DNA from: Aulosira sp. ZfuVER01
GTDB lineage: Bacteria; Cyanobacteriota; Cyanobacteriia; Cyanobacteriales; Nostocaceae
Assembly: GCA_034530615.2 (NCBI GenBank)
Contig: JAVRCV020000043.1
Span: 32,001 to 96,000 of the forward strand
DNA length: 64,000 nt
Direction of reading: 5' to 3'
Shown: positions 30,301-40,118 of the stretch, piece after piece
Layout: each line of letters begins with the position of its first letter
Position numbering within the stretch: the first letter of the stretch is position 1
Made by a program: the position numbers and the translations under genes
Notes under the pieces: model-generated
What the model was told of the DNA's origin: nothing
Databases searched by the model: none
Seen by the model: the letters and a program-made list of their open reading frames with translations, nothing else

Positions 30301-31284
30301 ACCACCACTGAGGATTACCTGCAACACTGGCACATCCAATTGTTCCCACATTTCAACCTGGGGTGTTTCTGTTTCTAGCCGAGCCAGAGAGAAACTAGTG
30401 GTATTTAGCAGCAGTGCAATTTGTTCTGTATCTTTCGGCTGGAAAAACTCGCTCAACTCAGCTTGGATATCCGGTTCGCGCAATGAAGAAACAAACACTG
30501 GCACAGGTTGTAAATTTTTCTGTACCAAAGATTGACATAAAGCATCAATTACCTTGGTATTTCCTGACAAATAGTGAGCGCGGTAGAAGAGAATGCCGAC
30601 TTTGGGAATGGGAAAAGGGGCATTGGGCATTGGGCATTGGGCATTGATTATTTCTGTGCGTCCCCGTGTCCCCGTGTCTCCTTGTCCCTCTTCTCCTCCC
30701 TGTCCCCCTTGTCCCCTTGTCCCCTTATCCCCTGACTGCCACTCATACAACCCAATACGCGGAACCAACTGCGGCGGTGGGGGATTAAATGAAGTTAACA
30801 GGCAGGTATCAGCAATAAATTCGAGTGCGTTAACAAAATTATCTACACCACCTTGGTTAAAGTATTGCCAGACTTGGTTCACAATATCTAAAGGCACGTT
30901 AGACTGAGAAATTAACAGGGGATCAAAAGCATCGTCCCCTGGCATTACAATGAGGTTTGTACTATTACGTTGAACAATTTCTTGTACTACTTCTAAGCCG
31001 TAGGCCCAGTAAGAACGTCCTCCTAAGAGGCGCAAAATTATGACTTGGGCATGTTCTAAAACTTGCTCTCCATAAGTGTCTATACTAATTTGTTGCTGTA
31101 ACTGTAATAAGTTTGCAACTCTTAAATCAGGGAATGTTGCAGGTAATTTGGGAACAGCAGCTGCCAGAGTTTGAATATCGGTATCAGCAGCCGTAATAAA
31201 TACAAAGGGAGCTGGAGTTTGTTCTAGAAAAATCAGGTCTTCTGACTGATTCCAACCCCCGGATGTGGCACTTACACGATGCAT
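27364..31284 (-). CDS. cobN: Cobaltochelatase subunit CobN with repeat-derived in-frame insertions
   Basis: VALPEVDGR, HVGKHGNLEWLPGK, LPTGKNFY, SRVVNPKW. Confidence 0.95.
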   Translation of the reverse strand: MHRVSATSGGWNQSEDLIFLEQTPAPFVFITAADTDIQTLAAAVPKLPATFPDLRVANLLQLQQQISIDTYGEQVLEHAQVIILRLLGGRSYWAYGLEVVQEIVQRNSTNLIVMPGDDAFDPLLISQSNVPLDIVNQVWQYFNQGGVDNFVNALEFIADTCLLTSFNPPPPQLVPRIGLYEWQSGDKGTRGQGGQGGEEGQGDTGTRGRTEIINAQCPMPNAPFPIPKVGILFYRAHYLSGNTKVIDALCQSLVQKNLQPVPVFVSSLREPDIQAELSEFFQPKDTEQIALLLNTTSFSLARLETETPQVEMWEQLDVPVLQVILSGGAVEQWELQLSGLSPRDIAMNVALPEVDGRIISRAVSFKTVQARNQNLETDVVVYEPVSDRIEFVTQLAANWVRLRSKPPQERRIALIVANYPNRDGRLANGVGLDTPASCIEILQALELAGYQVENLPADSDELIQRLTAGVTNDPEGKDWRTVQQSLSVDEYQNYFATLPEPVQQGISQRWGLEEDAEMVRQGDVENQNFAASPRPRVPLSSFPIPGIQLGNVFVGIQPARGYDLDPSLSYHAPDLEPTHAYLAFYYWVRECFAADAVVHVGKHGNLEWLPGKSLALSSNCYPEVALGPMPHLYPFIVNDPGEGSQAKRRTQAVIIDHLTPPMTRAELYGSLQQLENLIDEYYEAESLDPVRLPMIRDRIRELIVQENLHQDLGIKNEQDILNFEILILNSINGYLCELKEAQIRDGLHIFGQCPQGRQLRDLIVAIARIPNRHSIGITRALTQDWGLDFDPLTADFRDQFTLPKSSSAPLAKLQSCHTIGDAIEILEDHAAFLVEQLIANNSQLTTHNSALSTVINWIAAKLLPALQKTSQEITNLLRGLDGRYIQSAASGAPTRGRPEVLPTGKNFYSVDIRALPTETAWDIGRRAAETLIERYTQDNGEYPKTLALSVWGTATMRTGGDDIAEALALLGVQPVWDGAARRVVDFEILPLSVLGRPRVDVTLRISGFFRDAFPNLIDLFDSAVQAVAALDESPEENPLAAQVRQDTDFWTEQGLTSEEAIVRSRYRIFGSKPGAYGAGLQGLIESQNWTDDEDLARAYINWSSYAYSSSSPIAAPEALKQRLMQTQAVLHNQDNHEHDLLDSDDYYQFQGGLTAAVRSLQGKNPQTYFGDNSITAQPRVRQLKEEIARVYRSRVVNPKWIAGMMRHGYKGAFEMAATMDFLFAYDATAQCVGDYMYHGILQAYLLDPIVSDFIYKKNPWALRDIAERLLESYQRGLWQDVNTQTLEMLRSLVHQAEATIEEQTVV
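30601..30735. repeat. STRR/low-complexity repeats within cobN coding sequence
   Basis: (GGGCATT)n and (TCCCCTTG/TCCCCGTG)n runs; similar runs at 29655-29745 and (TGAGTTG)n at 28730-28765. Confidence 0.85.
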
Positions 31285-31372
31285 AATTCTGTATTACCGC
31301 CTTAAACTGTTGATTACAATACAAGAAAAAACCTTTTAGCCCAGCAGCCAGCCCCTCACTAAATTCTTGAAC

Positions 31373-33502
31373 ATGGTTAGTTCTCCTGATTTGAGCTTCT
31401 CCCGAACCTTACCCTTAGATACATTTAATCAGCTTGGGGAATTGTTACAGCAGATGGCTCAAGCAGTGGAAAATGGGGCTTTGGTGGTAACTGAGGCTGT
31501 GTTGTCAAGACTTCGCGTACCTGCTGAGTGGCAAGAGCAACGTTTTACATTACTAGTTTCTGAGCAGTTTAGTGCGCTTTTGCTGGGGTATTGCGTTCAG
31601 GAGCAACTGCTGTTTGGTACAGGAGCAACATCAGTTTCGACAACAGAGGTAAGCCCTAGTGAAAATTTGCTCAACTCTCTTACCCAGTCTCAGCAACTTC
31701 CTTCTACATGGCACCGTAGAGAAGTCTACAGCGATCGGGATTCAGCAGAACTCACTACTAGCTTGACATTTAATTCCGAGGCGATCGCTTCCTTCCTCTT
31801 GAAATTGCGAGATTTGTTTGAGTCTGATTCCTATACTTATCAGAATCTTGAACGCTATCGTCAAATTCTTGGTACTAATGATGCTACGCTCCAAAGTCAA
31901 TTTAGCCTCTTGTTACTAGAGTATCTCCTGCCGCAGATCAATCAGGAGGTGAACTTAGTATCAGATCCAGACTATTCCATTGCTTATTGCTGTCAACCTG
32001 TAGAAGATGCCCTGAAAAAACAGATTTGCCAAGAACGGCTGTTGAATCAGGTGACAACCCAAATCCGCCGCAGCCTAGATTTATCAGTCATTATGGCGAC
32101 AGCAGTTACCCAAGTGCGTGAGTTTCTAGAATTAGACAGAATAGTAATTTATAAGTTTGAAGATTCCGGAGGTACAAGTTTACAATATCCTTTCGACACT
32201 GCTGCCTTAAATGGCGCAAACCTTAATCAAAGGCTGGGTGCGCAAAGAGGAGATCCTCCACACTCACCCAACGGCCTATATTCAGCGCCAACGCCACTTA
32301 ACCCCCAACCCCCACTACAAGATTATCAACGGCATGGGGGTTGTATTGTTTATGAAGTTCGGGCAACAGATGCGATTCCGTCAGTGTTGAATTACAGGGA
32401 AGAAATGTGTTTTCTGCGTACCTCTCAATGTTGGGAGAAGTATCGTCAAGGCTTTACCTTAGCTGTGGATGATGTCGAAAAAACTTATTCTCTGGAAGAA
32501 TGTTTGTTAAATTTTTTAAGGGAAGTTAAAGTACGAGCAAAGTTAGCTGCTCCAATTATGTTTGAGGAAAAACTTTGGGGGCTGCTAATTGCTCATCAGT
32601 GCAACAGTCCACGAGAATGGACTGAAAGTGAAAGAAATTTGCTGACTTCGATTGCTGAACAATTAGCGATCGCAATTCACCAAGCAGAGTTAATGCGATC
32701 GCTTACTCAAGAAAAACACAGTTTAGAACAGCGAGTTGTTGAGCGCACAGTAGCGCTGCGCGATGCGTTACTGGCCGCCGAAGCCGCTAGCCGCCTCAGA
32801 AATGAATTTCTCGCCACCATCAGCCATGAATTGCTCACGCCTTTAACTTATGTGATAGGGATGTCTTCGACACTGTTACGCTGGCCTTTGGGGGAATTGA
32901 GCCAACGCCAACGAGATTATCTACAAACCATCCACGATAGTGGCGAACATTTATTAGAAATGATTAATGACATCCTCGATTTATCTCAAATTGAGGCTGG
33001 CAAAACAGTTTTAAATATTACGGAATTTTCCTTAAGGGATGTAGCAGAAAATAGCTTGAAAGCTTTAGAAGATAAAGCTACAAATGAACAGCTGCATCTC
33101 ACACTAGATTTGCAAATTGACCCCAGACGCGATCGCTTTACTGCCGATGCCACAAGAGTAGAACAAATTATTGCCAATTTATTAACTAATGCCATTAAAT
33201 TTACCCCTAAAGGTGGCAATGTCACTTTACGGCTGTGGGTAGAAGACGACACTGCTATCTTTCAAGTAGAAGATACAGGTATTGGCATTCCCGAAGAAAA
33301 ATTACCCCTACTGTTTGAGAAATTTCAGCAACTTGACACACCCTATCGCCGCCGTTATGAAGGTACAGGACTGGGTTTAGCTTTAACTAAACAACTGGTA
33401 GAACTGCATCGCGGTCGAATTGAAGTAGAGTCTACTGTAGGCATCGGCTCAATTTTTACCGTCTGGATACCAGCGCAGCCGTTAACGGTGGTAAGGGGAT
33501 GA
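31373..33502 (+). CDS. cikA: GAF-domain histidine kinase, CikA-like (no C-terminal pseudo-receiver)
   Basis: GAF (LDRIVIYKF...LWGLLIAHQC...W), H-box ISHELLTPL, NLLTNAIKFT, GTGLGL. Confidence 0.75.
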   Translation: MVSSPDLSFSRTLPLDTFNQLGELLQQMAQAVENGALVVTEAVLSRLRVPAEWQEQRFTLLVSEQFSALLLGYCVQEQLLFGTGATSVSTTEVSPSENLLNSLTQSQQLPSTWHRREVYSDRDSAELTTSLTFNSEAIASFLLKLRDLFESDSYTYQNLERYRQILGTNDATLQSQFSLLLLEYLLPQINQEVNLVSDPDYSIAYCCQPVEDALKKQICQERLLNQVTTQIRRSLDLSVIMATAVTQVREFLELDRIVIYKFEDSGGTSLQYPFDTAALNGANLNQRLGAQRGDPPHSPNGLYSAPTPLNPQPPLQDYQRHGGCIVYEVRATDAIPSVLNYREEMCFLRTSQCWEKYRQGFTLAVDDVEKTYSLEECLLNFLREVKVRAKLAAPIMFEEKLWGLLIAHQCNSPREWTESERNLLTSIAEQLAIAIHQAELMRSLTQEKHSLEQRVVERTVALRDALLAAEAASRLRNEFLATISHELLTPLTYVIGMSSTLLRWPLGELSQRQRDYLQTIHDSGEHLLEMINDILDLSQIEAGKTVLNITEFSLRDVAENSLKALEDKATNEQLHLTLDLQIDPRRDRFTADATRVEQIIANLLTNAIKFTPKGGNVTLRLWVEDDTAIFQVEDTGIGIPEEKLPLLFEKFQQLDTPYRRRYEGTGLGLALTKQLVELHRGRIEVESTVGIGSIFTVWIPAQPLTVVRG

Positions 33503-33590
33503 GGGAGATGAGGGGGACAAAGAGACAGGAGGACACGGCGACGCGGAGAATTAACTAATGACAAAGGACAGATGACAAATGACAAATGAC
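33500..33590. repeat. STRR repeats (TGACAAA etc.) abutting the nanE start
   Basis: atgacaaaggacagatgacaaatgacaaatgacaa. Confidence 0.8.
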
Positions 33591-34263
33591 AATTCTAAAA
33601 AAAGGACTAATTGTATCCTGCCAAGCGCCTGTTGATTCACCACTGCATCAACCGCTAGTAATTGCAGCAATGGCACAAGCTGCTGTGAATAACGGTGCTG
33701 TGGGTGTACGCATAGATACCCCAAACCACATTAGCGCTGTGCGTGCCAGTGTGAATGTACCAATTATTGGGCTATGGAAGCAAATCATAGCTGGCTTTGA
33801 TGTATACATTACGCCACAGTTTCACCATGCTGTGGCTGTGGCGCAAGCAGGCGCAGACATTATCGCCATTGATGGGACGATGAGAAACCGCCCTGGTGAT
33901 GAAAAATTAGCGGAGATGATTTCCCGAATTCATCAGGAATTAAATAAGCCAGTGATGGCAGATATCGATACAATTGAGGCGGCAAAAGCAGCAGCAGATG
34001 CTGGAGCAGATATTGTGGGAACAACTCTGTTTGGTTACACTGCCTCAACCAAGCATCTTCAGCCTCCAAATTGGGAACTCTTGAGCCAGATGGTAGCACA
34101 GCTAAATATTCCCGTGATTTGCGAAGGTGGTATTGCTTCACCCCAAATGGCTCGTCAAGCCTTAGATTTGGGAGCTGATGCTGTTGTCGTTGGCACTGCC
34201 ATCACTGGTATTGACATCCAAGTCAGAGCCTATAAATCAGCACTGAGTTCGGAAGAATTATGA
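33586..34263 (+). CDS. nanE: N-acetylmannosamine-6-phosphate 2-epimerase
   Basis: GLIVSCQA, PIIGLWK, VYITP, GTTLFGYT, EGGI, VVVGTAIT. Confidence 0.93.
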   Translation: MTILKKGLIVSCQAPVDSPLHQPLVIAAMAQAAVNNGAVGVRIDTPNHISAVRASVNVPIIGLWKQIIAGFDVYITPQFHHAVAVAQAGADIIAIDGTMRNRPGDEKLAEMISRIHQELNKPVMADIDTIEAAKAAADAGADIVGTTLFGYTASTKHLQPPNWELLSQMVAQLNIPVICEGGIASPQMARQALDLGADAVVVGTAITGIDIQVRAYKSALSSEEL

Positions 34264-35477
34264 AAATACTTGTACTGAATGCCGGATCTAGTAGTCAAAA
34301 AAGTTGTCTGTATGAAATTACAGATGATGCTTTGCCTAAGCAAGCGCCTAAACCGCTTTGGGAAGGCAAAGTCAACTGGACTCAAGATAAAGGTGTAGCA
34401 GAAATTCAGGTGAAAACAGCTACAGGCGAAGTGCTGCAAGAATCAATCTATGCAGACTCTCGACAAGCACACGTCACCTATATGCTATATACTCTGACTC
34501 GCGGTGCTACCAAGGTGATTGGTCAGCTATCAGAAATTGATGTGGTAGGTCATCGTGTAGTACATGGTGGGCAAGATTACCGAAAAAGTACAGTAATTAC
34601 TGAGGATGTCAAAAAAGCGATCGCTCAACTTGCTACCCTAGCACCAGCACATAATCCCGCTGCTGTGGAAGGAATGGAAGCGATAGAGCAAAGCTTGGGA
34701 ACAGTAAAACAGGTGGCAGTATTTGATACCGGATTTCATGCTACTATCCCAGATGCGGCAGCAATTTATCCCGGCCCTTATGAGTGGGTGGAAGAAGGTA
34801 TCCGTCGCTATGGGTTTCATGGCATCAGTCACCAATACTGCGCTCAACGTGCAGCTGACATCCTTGGCAAAGATTTAGCATCGTTACGATTAATTACTTG
34901 TCATTTGGGCAATGGTTGCTCTTTGGCAGCAATTAAAAACGGTCGCAGCATTGATACTACTATGGGCTTCACACCCTTGGATGGGCTGATGATGGGCAGT
35001 CGTTCGGGTTCTGTCGATCCAGGAATTTTGATTTATTTGTTACGACAATCTAATTATTCTGCCGAAAAGCTCGATTATGTTCTGAATAAAGCTTCGGGCT
35101 TACGTGGAATTTCTGGAGTTTCCAGCGATTTACCGCAAGTCATAGAAGCGATCGCCCAAGGTAACTACCGCGCCCAACTTGCTTGGGATATGTACGTACA
35201 TCGCTTGCGTTCTGGGATTGGTTCTATGCTTGCCAGTTTAGGAGGATTAGATGCCTTAGTCTTTACCGCAGGTGTGGGTGAAAAATCTCCCGGAATTCGC
35301 CAAGCTGTCTCGGAAGCTTTTGGGTTTTTAGGTTTGAAAATCGACCCAGAGAAGAATCAAAACAACCCTGTCGATGTTGATATTGCCACCCCAGAATCAG
35401 CAGTGCGGGTATTAGCGATTCATACTCAGGAAGATTGGGCGATCGCTCAACAATGTTGGCAAATTTTGAAAAAGTAA
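34260..35477 (+). CDS. ackA: Acetate kinase
   Basis: LVLNAGSSS, GHRVVHGG, FDTGFH, RYGFHGISH, HLGNG. Confidence 0.96.
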   Translation: MKILVLNAGSSSQKSCLYEITDDALPKQAPKPLWEGKVNWTQDKGVAEIQVKTATGEVLQESIYADSRQAHVTYMLYTLTRGATKVIGQLSEIDVVGHRVVHGGQDYRKSTVITEDVKKAIAQLATLAPAHNPAAVEGMEAIEQSLGTVKQVAVFDTGFHATIPDAAAIYPGPYEWVEEGIRRYGFHGISHQYCAQRAADILGKDLASLRLITCHLGNGCSLAAIKNGRSIDTTMGFTPLDGLMMGSRSGSVDPGILIYLLRQSNYSAEKLDYVLNKASGLRGISGVSSDLPQVIEAIAQGNYRAQLAWDMYVHRLRSGIGSMLASLGGLDALVFTAGVGEKSPGIRQAVSEAFGFLGLKIDPEKNQNNPVDVDIATPESAVRVLAIHTQEDWAIAQQCWQILKK

Positions 35478-35604
35478 AAAATCGTACTTAAAATATTTCC
35501 TTGGCCATTCTCTGCGTGACATTAGCCTTGGCTGTTGATTTATGGTGTGCTGTAATTATATATACATATCAACAGCCCGAAACTAAAAAGGTTAGTCAAG
35601 CATC

Positions 35605-36390
35605 ATGTTAGCTCTATACCGTCAAACTATAGGTACATTTTTAACAGTTTGTTTGTGTATGTTAGGCGTTGGCTTAATGCAATATCCCCAACTACAAAAA
35701 CTATTAAAAAGTCAAGAAACTTCTTCTTTAGAAACTCTAGAAGGGGAAATTAAAACAGAAAAAGTTCGGCTTAATCTTCTCAAGCAAATGCCTAGTTTTG
35801 GGTACGATAACTTGATTGCCGATTGGGTATATATTAATTTTTTGCAATACTTTGGCGATGACGAAGCACGCAGCAAAACAGGTTACAGTTTTAGCCCAGA
35901 GTATTTTGAAGTCATTCTCGAACGCGATCCACGATTTTTAGATGCTTATCTAAGTCTATCAACTAGTACTTCTCTGTATGCTGGCCTACCTGAACGTTCT
36001 ATAGACCTGATGAAACAAAGTTTACAATTCTTATCGCCTAAAGTTCCAGAGAAGTCTTATTATGCATGGCGTTATAAAGGCATAGATGAATTATTATTTT
36101 TAGGGGATTCTCAAGCTGCCAAGAAATCTTTTATCAAAACTGCTGATTGGGCTAGCCAATCTTCAGACGAAGAAAGCAAGCTGATAGCTTATACTTCTCA
36201 AAAAACTACTGAATTTTTAAATCGTAATCCTGATAGTAAAATTGCTAGAATTTCTACATGGACAATGGTATTAAATAACGGAGTTGATGAAAAAACTCGT
36301 AAAAGAGCAATTAGAGAAATCGAGATGTTAGGAGCTAAGGTAGTTTCTACTCCTCAAGGTAACAAAATTATCATGCCAGCAAAAGATTAG
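35605..36390 (+). CDS. Conserved cyanobacterial membrane-anchored helical hypothetical protein
   Basis: N-terminal TM helix; PSFGYDNLIADW..FLQYFGD motif. Confidence 0.75.
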   Translation: MLALYRQTIGTFLTVCLCMLGVGLMQYPQLQKLLKSQETSSLETLEGEIKTEKVRLNLLKQMPSFGYDNLIADWVYINFLQYFGDDEARSKTGYSFSPEYFEVILERDPRFLDAYLSLSTSTSLYAGLPERSIDLMKQSLQFLSPKVPEKSYYAWRYKGIDELLFLGDSQAAKKSFIKTADWASQSSDEESKLIAYTSQKTTEFLNRNPDSKIARISTWTMVLNNGVDEKTRKRAIREIEMLGAKVVSTPQGNKIIMPAKD

Positions 36391-36476
36391 TAATTGATCG
36401 AGGGTCAAGAGTTATTTCTCCTCTGCTCCCTCATCCCCCTCATGTCCCCTGCTTCCCCATCCCCCTTTTGAGGTTA

Positions 36477-37316
36477 GTGTTATTTATTAGTGTTATTTAT
36501 TGGTACAACGGTAAATTAATCCAGTCCCAATCCCTAGAATTAGATATTAACGATCCGGGGTTGCTTTATGGGGCGACAATTTTTACTACCATGCGGATTT
36601 ATGAGAACTCGCTCGATAGCAATTTGACTCACTGGCTTTTACATTGCGATCGCTTGCGATTATCACTCAAAGCTTTTGGTTGGGAGCAACCAGATTGGAA
36701 GCGAGTACGTCAAGGTGCAGAAATTTTACTTGTAAACTTCCCTGTTCTCAGAATTACCCTGTTTCCCGATGGTAGGGAGTGGATAACGGGTAGGTTGTTA
36801 CCAGAGGATTTGACCGAAAAACAAACAAATGGTATTGTTTGCGCCGTTGCTAGTGTAGAGTTATCTCGCAATCTCCCTTCTCATAAAACAGGAAACTACC
36901 TGAGTGTTTGGTTAGCCAAAACTACTAGCCAAAAGTTAAATGCCCAAGAAGCGATTTTAGTAGATGGGGCAGGAAATTGGGTAGAAACTAGTACAGGCAA
37001 CCTTTGGGGATGGCGAGATGGCTGTTGGTGGACGCCGCCTATAGATGTCGGGATTTTGCCAGGGATTATGCGATCGCAACTTATCAAATGGCTGCAATAC
37101 CAGCACCAACAAGTAAAAGAGGAACCTTGGACAATGGATTTAGTTCAAGGATTTGAAGCGATCGCTTATAGCAATAGTGTGGTGGAAATCGTCCCTGTCC
37201 ATACCGTTAAGCAGCCCGCAGGATCGTTAGAATATAATCCTCACCATCCTAGTTTTGAAATAATTCGGAGTTTTTTTAACATGACAACGTCACCATTTTG
37301 GTATACGTTAAGATAA
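36477..37316 (+). CDS. Class IV aminotransferase (4-amino-4-deoxychorismate lyase-like); start uncertain
   Basis: GLLYG..FTT.R, H..RL, HKTGNYL, ETSTGN, LPGIMR. Confidence 0.85.
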   Translation: MLFISVIYWYNGKLIQSQSLELDINDPGLLYGATIFTTMRIYENSLDSNLTHWLLHCDRLRLSLKAFGWEQPDWKRVRQGAEILLVNFPVLRITLFPDGREWITGRLLPEDLTEKQTNGIVCAVASVELSRNLPSHKTGNYLSVWLAKTTSQKLNAQEAILVDGAGNWVETSTGNLWGWRDGCWWTPPIDVGILPGIMRSQLIKWLQYQHQQVKEEPWTMDLVQGFEAIAYSNSVVEIVPVHTVKQPAGSLEYNPHHPSFEIIRSFFNMTTSPFWYTLR

Positions 37317-37396
37317 GTTAACATAATTCTTAAAAATGTCCTCTCTTTCTGAGAAGCTACGCGATCGCACAAAAAATATTAGGAGGATTCACCTCA

Positions 37397-39235
37397 GTGA
37401 ATAAAAGATGGAGAAATGCGGGGCTGTACGCGCTGCTATTTATAGTTGTCATTGCCTTAGGCACAGCATTCTTTGACAAGCAACCTCAAAGCAGAGAGCC
37501 ATTACGCTACAGCCAATTTATTCAAGAAGTTGAAAAAGGCAGAATAGATAAAGTCAGTTTAAGTGCAGACCGTTCTACAGCCTTGGTTACATCCAGAGAC
37601 GGTAACAAAAAAGTAGTTACATTAGTCAATGATCCTGACTTAATTAATACTCTTACTGCAAAAGGCGTTGATATCTCTGTATTACCTCAAACCGACGAAG
37701 GATTTTGGTTTAAGGCACTCAGCAGCTTATTTTTCCCTGTATTACTTCTAGTTGGCTTATTCTTTTTGTTACGCCGTGCTCAAAGTGGCCCTGGTAGCCA
37801 AGCGATGAACTTTGGTAAGTCCAAAGCCAGAGTGCAAATGGAACCGCAAACCCAAGTAACATTTGGTGATGTTGCTGGTATTGACCAAGCCAAGCTGGAA
37901 CTAAATGAAGTTGTAGATTTTCTGAAAAACGCCGATCGCTTTACCGCAGTTGGTGCAAAAATTCCTAAAGGCGTGTTGCTAGTTGGTCCTCCTGGTACAG
38001 GTAAAACCCTCCTAGCTCGTGCTGTCGCTGGTGAAGCAGGTGTACCTTTCTTCTCCATCTCTGGTTCTGAGTTTGTGGAAATGTTTGTGGGTGTGGGTGC
38101 TTCTCGCGTCCGTGACTTGTTCGAGCAAGCCAAGTCCAATGCTCCTTGTATCGTCTTCATTGATGAAATTGACGCTGTAGGTCGTCAACGGGGTGCAGGT
38201 TTAGGCGGTGGTAACGATGAACGGGAACAAACCCTCAACCAGCTGCTCACAGAAATGGACGGCTTTGAAGGTAATACAGGTATCATCATTATTGCTGCTA
38301 CCAACCGTCCTGATGTACTAGATGCAGCTTTGTTGCGTCCTGGTCGTTTTGACCGTCAAGTAGTTGTAGACCGTCCCGACTATGCTGGACGCAGCGAAAT
38401 CCTCAAAGTTCACGCCCGTGGTAAGACCTTAGCCAAGGATGTGGACTTAGATAAAATTGCCCGTCGTACCCCTGGTTTCACCGGTGCAGATTTATCTAAC
38501 CTGTTAAACGAAGCCGCAATTCTCGCAGCACGGCGGAATTTAACCGAAATTTCGATGGATGAAATCAACGACGCCATCGACCGCGTATTAGCTGGCCCAG
38601 AGAAGAAAGACCGGGTAATGAGCGAAAAGCGCAAAACCTTGGTTGCTTATCACGAAGCTGGCCACGCTTTAGTTGGTGCGTTGATGCCCGACTATGACCC
38701 AGTACAAAAAATTAGCATCATTCCTCGCGGTCGTGCTGGTGGTTTAACTTGGTTTACCCCCAGTGAAGACCGGATGGATACTGGCTTATACAGCCGTGCT
38801 TATCTGGAAAATCAGATGGCAGTAGCTTTAGGCGGTCGCCTGGCTGAAGAAATCATCTTTGGTGAAGAAGAAGTTACCACTGGTGCTTCTAACGACTTAC
38901 AACAAGTAGCCCGTGTTGCTCGTCAGATGATTACACGCTTTGGGATGAGCGACAAACTTGGCCCTGTAGCCCTTGGTCGTCAGCAAGGCAATATGTTCCT
39001 CGGTCGGGATATCATGTCAGAGCGCGATTTTTCTGAAGAAACTGCTGCGGCAATTGATGAAGAAGTTCGCAAACTGGTAGATGTAGCTTACACTCGCGCT
39101 AAAGAAGTGTTAGTGAATAACCGTCACATCTTAGATGAAATCGCGCAAATGCTGGTTGATAAAGAAACAGTAGATGCCGATGAATTGCAAGAAATTCTGG
39201 CAAATAATGATGTGAAAACTGCTGCTTTTGCATAA
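37397..39235 (+). CDS. ftsH3: ATP-dependent zinc metalloprotease FtsH (FtsH3 type)
   Basis: [13 protein letters not shown]-terminus, [13 protein letters not shown]. Confidence 0.93.
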   Translation: MNKRWRNAGLYALLFIVVIALGTAFFDKQPQSREPLRYSQFIQEVEKGRIDKVSLSADRSTALVTSRDGNKKVVTLVNDPDLINTLTAKGVDISVLPQTDEGFWFKALSSLFFPVLLLVGLFFLLRRAQSGPGSQAMNFGKSKARVQMEPQTQVTFGDVAGIDQAKLELNEVVDFLKNADRFTAVGAKIPKGVLLVGPPGTGKTLLARAVAGEAGVPFFSISGSEFVEMFVGVGASRVRDLFEQAKSNAPCIVFIDEIDAVGRQRGAGLGGGNDEREQTLNQLLTEMDGFEGNTGIIIIAATNRPDVLDAALLRPGRFDRQVVVDRPDYAGRSEILKVHARGKTLAKDVDLDKIARRTPGFTGADLSNLLNEAAILAARRNLTEISMDEINDAIDRVLAGPEKKDRVMSEKRKTLVAYHEAGHALVGALMPDYDPVQKISIIPRGRAGGLTWFTPSEDRMDTGLYSRAYLENQMAVALGGRLAEEIIFGEEEVTTGASNDLQQVARVARQMITRFGMSDKLGPVALGRQQGNMFLGRDIMSERDFSEETAAAIDEEVRKLVDVAYTRAKEVLVNNRHILDEIAQMLVDKETVDADELQEILANNDVKTAAFA

Positions 39236-39267
39236 GCAGTTTTGGCGAAAATTTAAAATATAAATTT

Positions 39268-39298
39268 GGGGTAATTCTGGCAATTGCAGAGTTACCCT
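39268..39298 (+). terminator. Hairpin downstream of ftsH
   Basis: GGGTAATTCTG...CAGAGTTACCC followed by a T-rich tract. Confidence 0.6.
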
Positions 39299-39394
39299 AA
39301 TTTTTTCATGAAGAAGCCAAGCCAACACATTTATGCTAACTGTGCAAGGGATAGTCAATTCCTAACCTTATGTGTAAATAGGCAGATTTTCTGT

Positions 39395-40028
39395 TTGCCG
39401 AAAAAATTAACCCAGCACTTCCAGGTGATGATTCTCGTGGATACTGCATTCGGCAGTGTGGAATTTCTACATGGTGTGCGAAAGCTCAAGTATCACGTCA
39501 TTGCTGGTATCGCAAAGACGCGGCAATTAACTTCGGGATACAGCGTTTCTCAACTACATCAACGCGGACAACACCTGCGTCTAAGAGGTTTAAAGTTTCC
39601 TGTTTATGTGTCTTGGTATTATTTTAAACGTGATGACGGTAAGTACGAAAAACGATTTGTCGTTTCCACCAAAGCTCTTAAAGCCAGCACTATTTCTTGG
39701 TGGGGTAAACGCCGATGGCAAATCGAGGGCTGGTTTAAAACTGCTAAACATCGTTTTGGCTTACACCGCTTTGGGCAAGGAACACTTTTAGGTGTTTACC
39801 GTTGGTTGATACTCTCCCTCATCTGCTATATCTTGGCCCATTGGGCTTACTTATCTACAACCAGAACATCAACAAGTTTACCTAATTGGGGACAAGCCGC
39901 TGAAATTGCATTCCAAACTCTCTTTCCACAATTATTGCTGTTATTTCTTTTACAAGATATTGAACGCCTGAGAAACTTAGCACTTAGTCACGGAATTGAC
40001 ATCCAAGTTTCCAGGTGCAAGCTCTGAC
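39395..40028 (+). mobile_element. 5'-truncated IS701/IS4-like DDE transposase with right terminal repeat
   Basis: ILVDTAFGS and RRWQIEGWFKTAKHRFGL motifs; ends GGTGCAAGCTCTGAC; N-terminal half absent. Confidence 0.8.
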
Positions 40029-40036
40029 TTAATTTA

Positions 40037-40115
40037 GTAGGTGCATTATGGAAGTTAATCCTAACGCACTGAAAATAATTGATGGTGCGTTGCGCTACGC
40101 GACAACACACCCTAC
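40037..40115. repeat. Paired REP/SDR palindromes
   Basis: GTAGGTGCATTA...TAACGCAC and GGTGCGTTGCGCTACGCGACAACACACCCTAC. Confidence 0.65.
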
Positions 40116-40118
40116 TGG

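Noticed and set aside
29382..30907. Several Arg/Gly/Pro/Cys-rich ORFs overlapping cobN
   Set aside because: Alternative-frame translations of GC-rich tandem repeats
31285..31372. Cobalamin riboswitch upstream of cobN
   Set aside because: Gap is under 90 bp and no B12-box is visible
39284..39394. N-terminus of the 247-aa ORF as part of an intact transposase
   Set aside because: Overlaps the ftsH terminator region and lacks transposase character; the element is 5'-truncated
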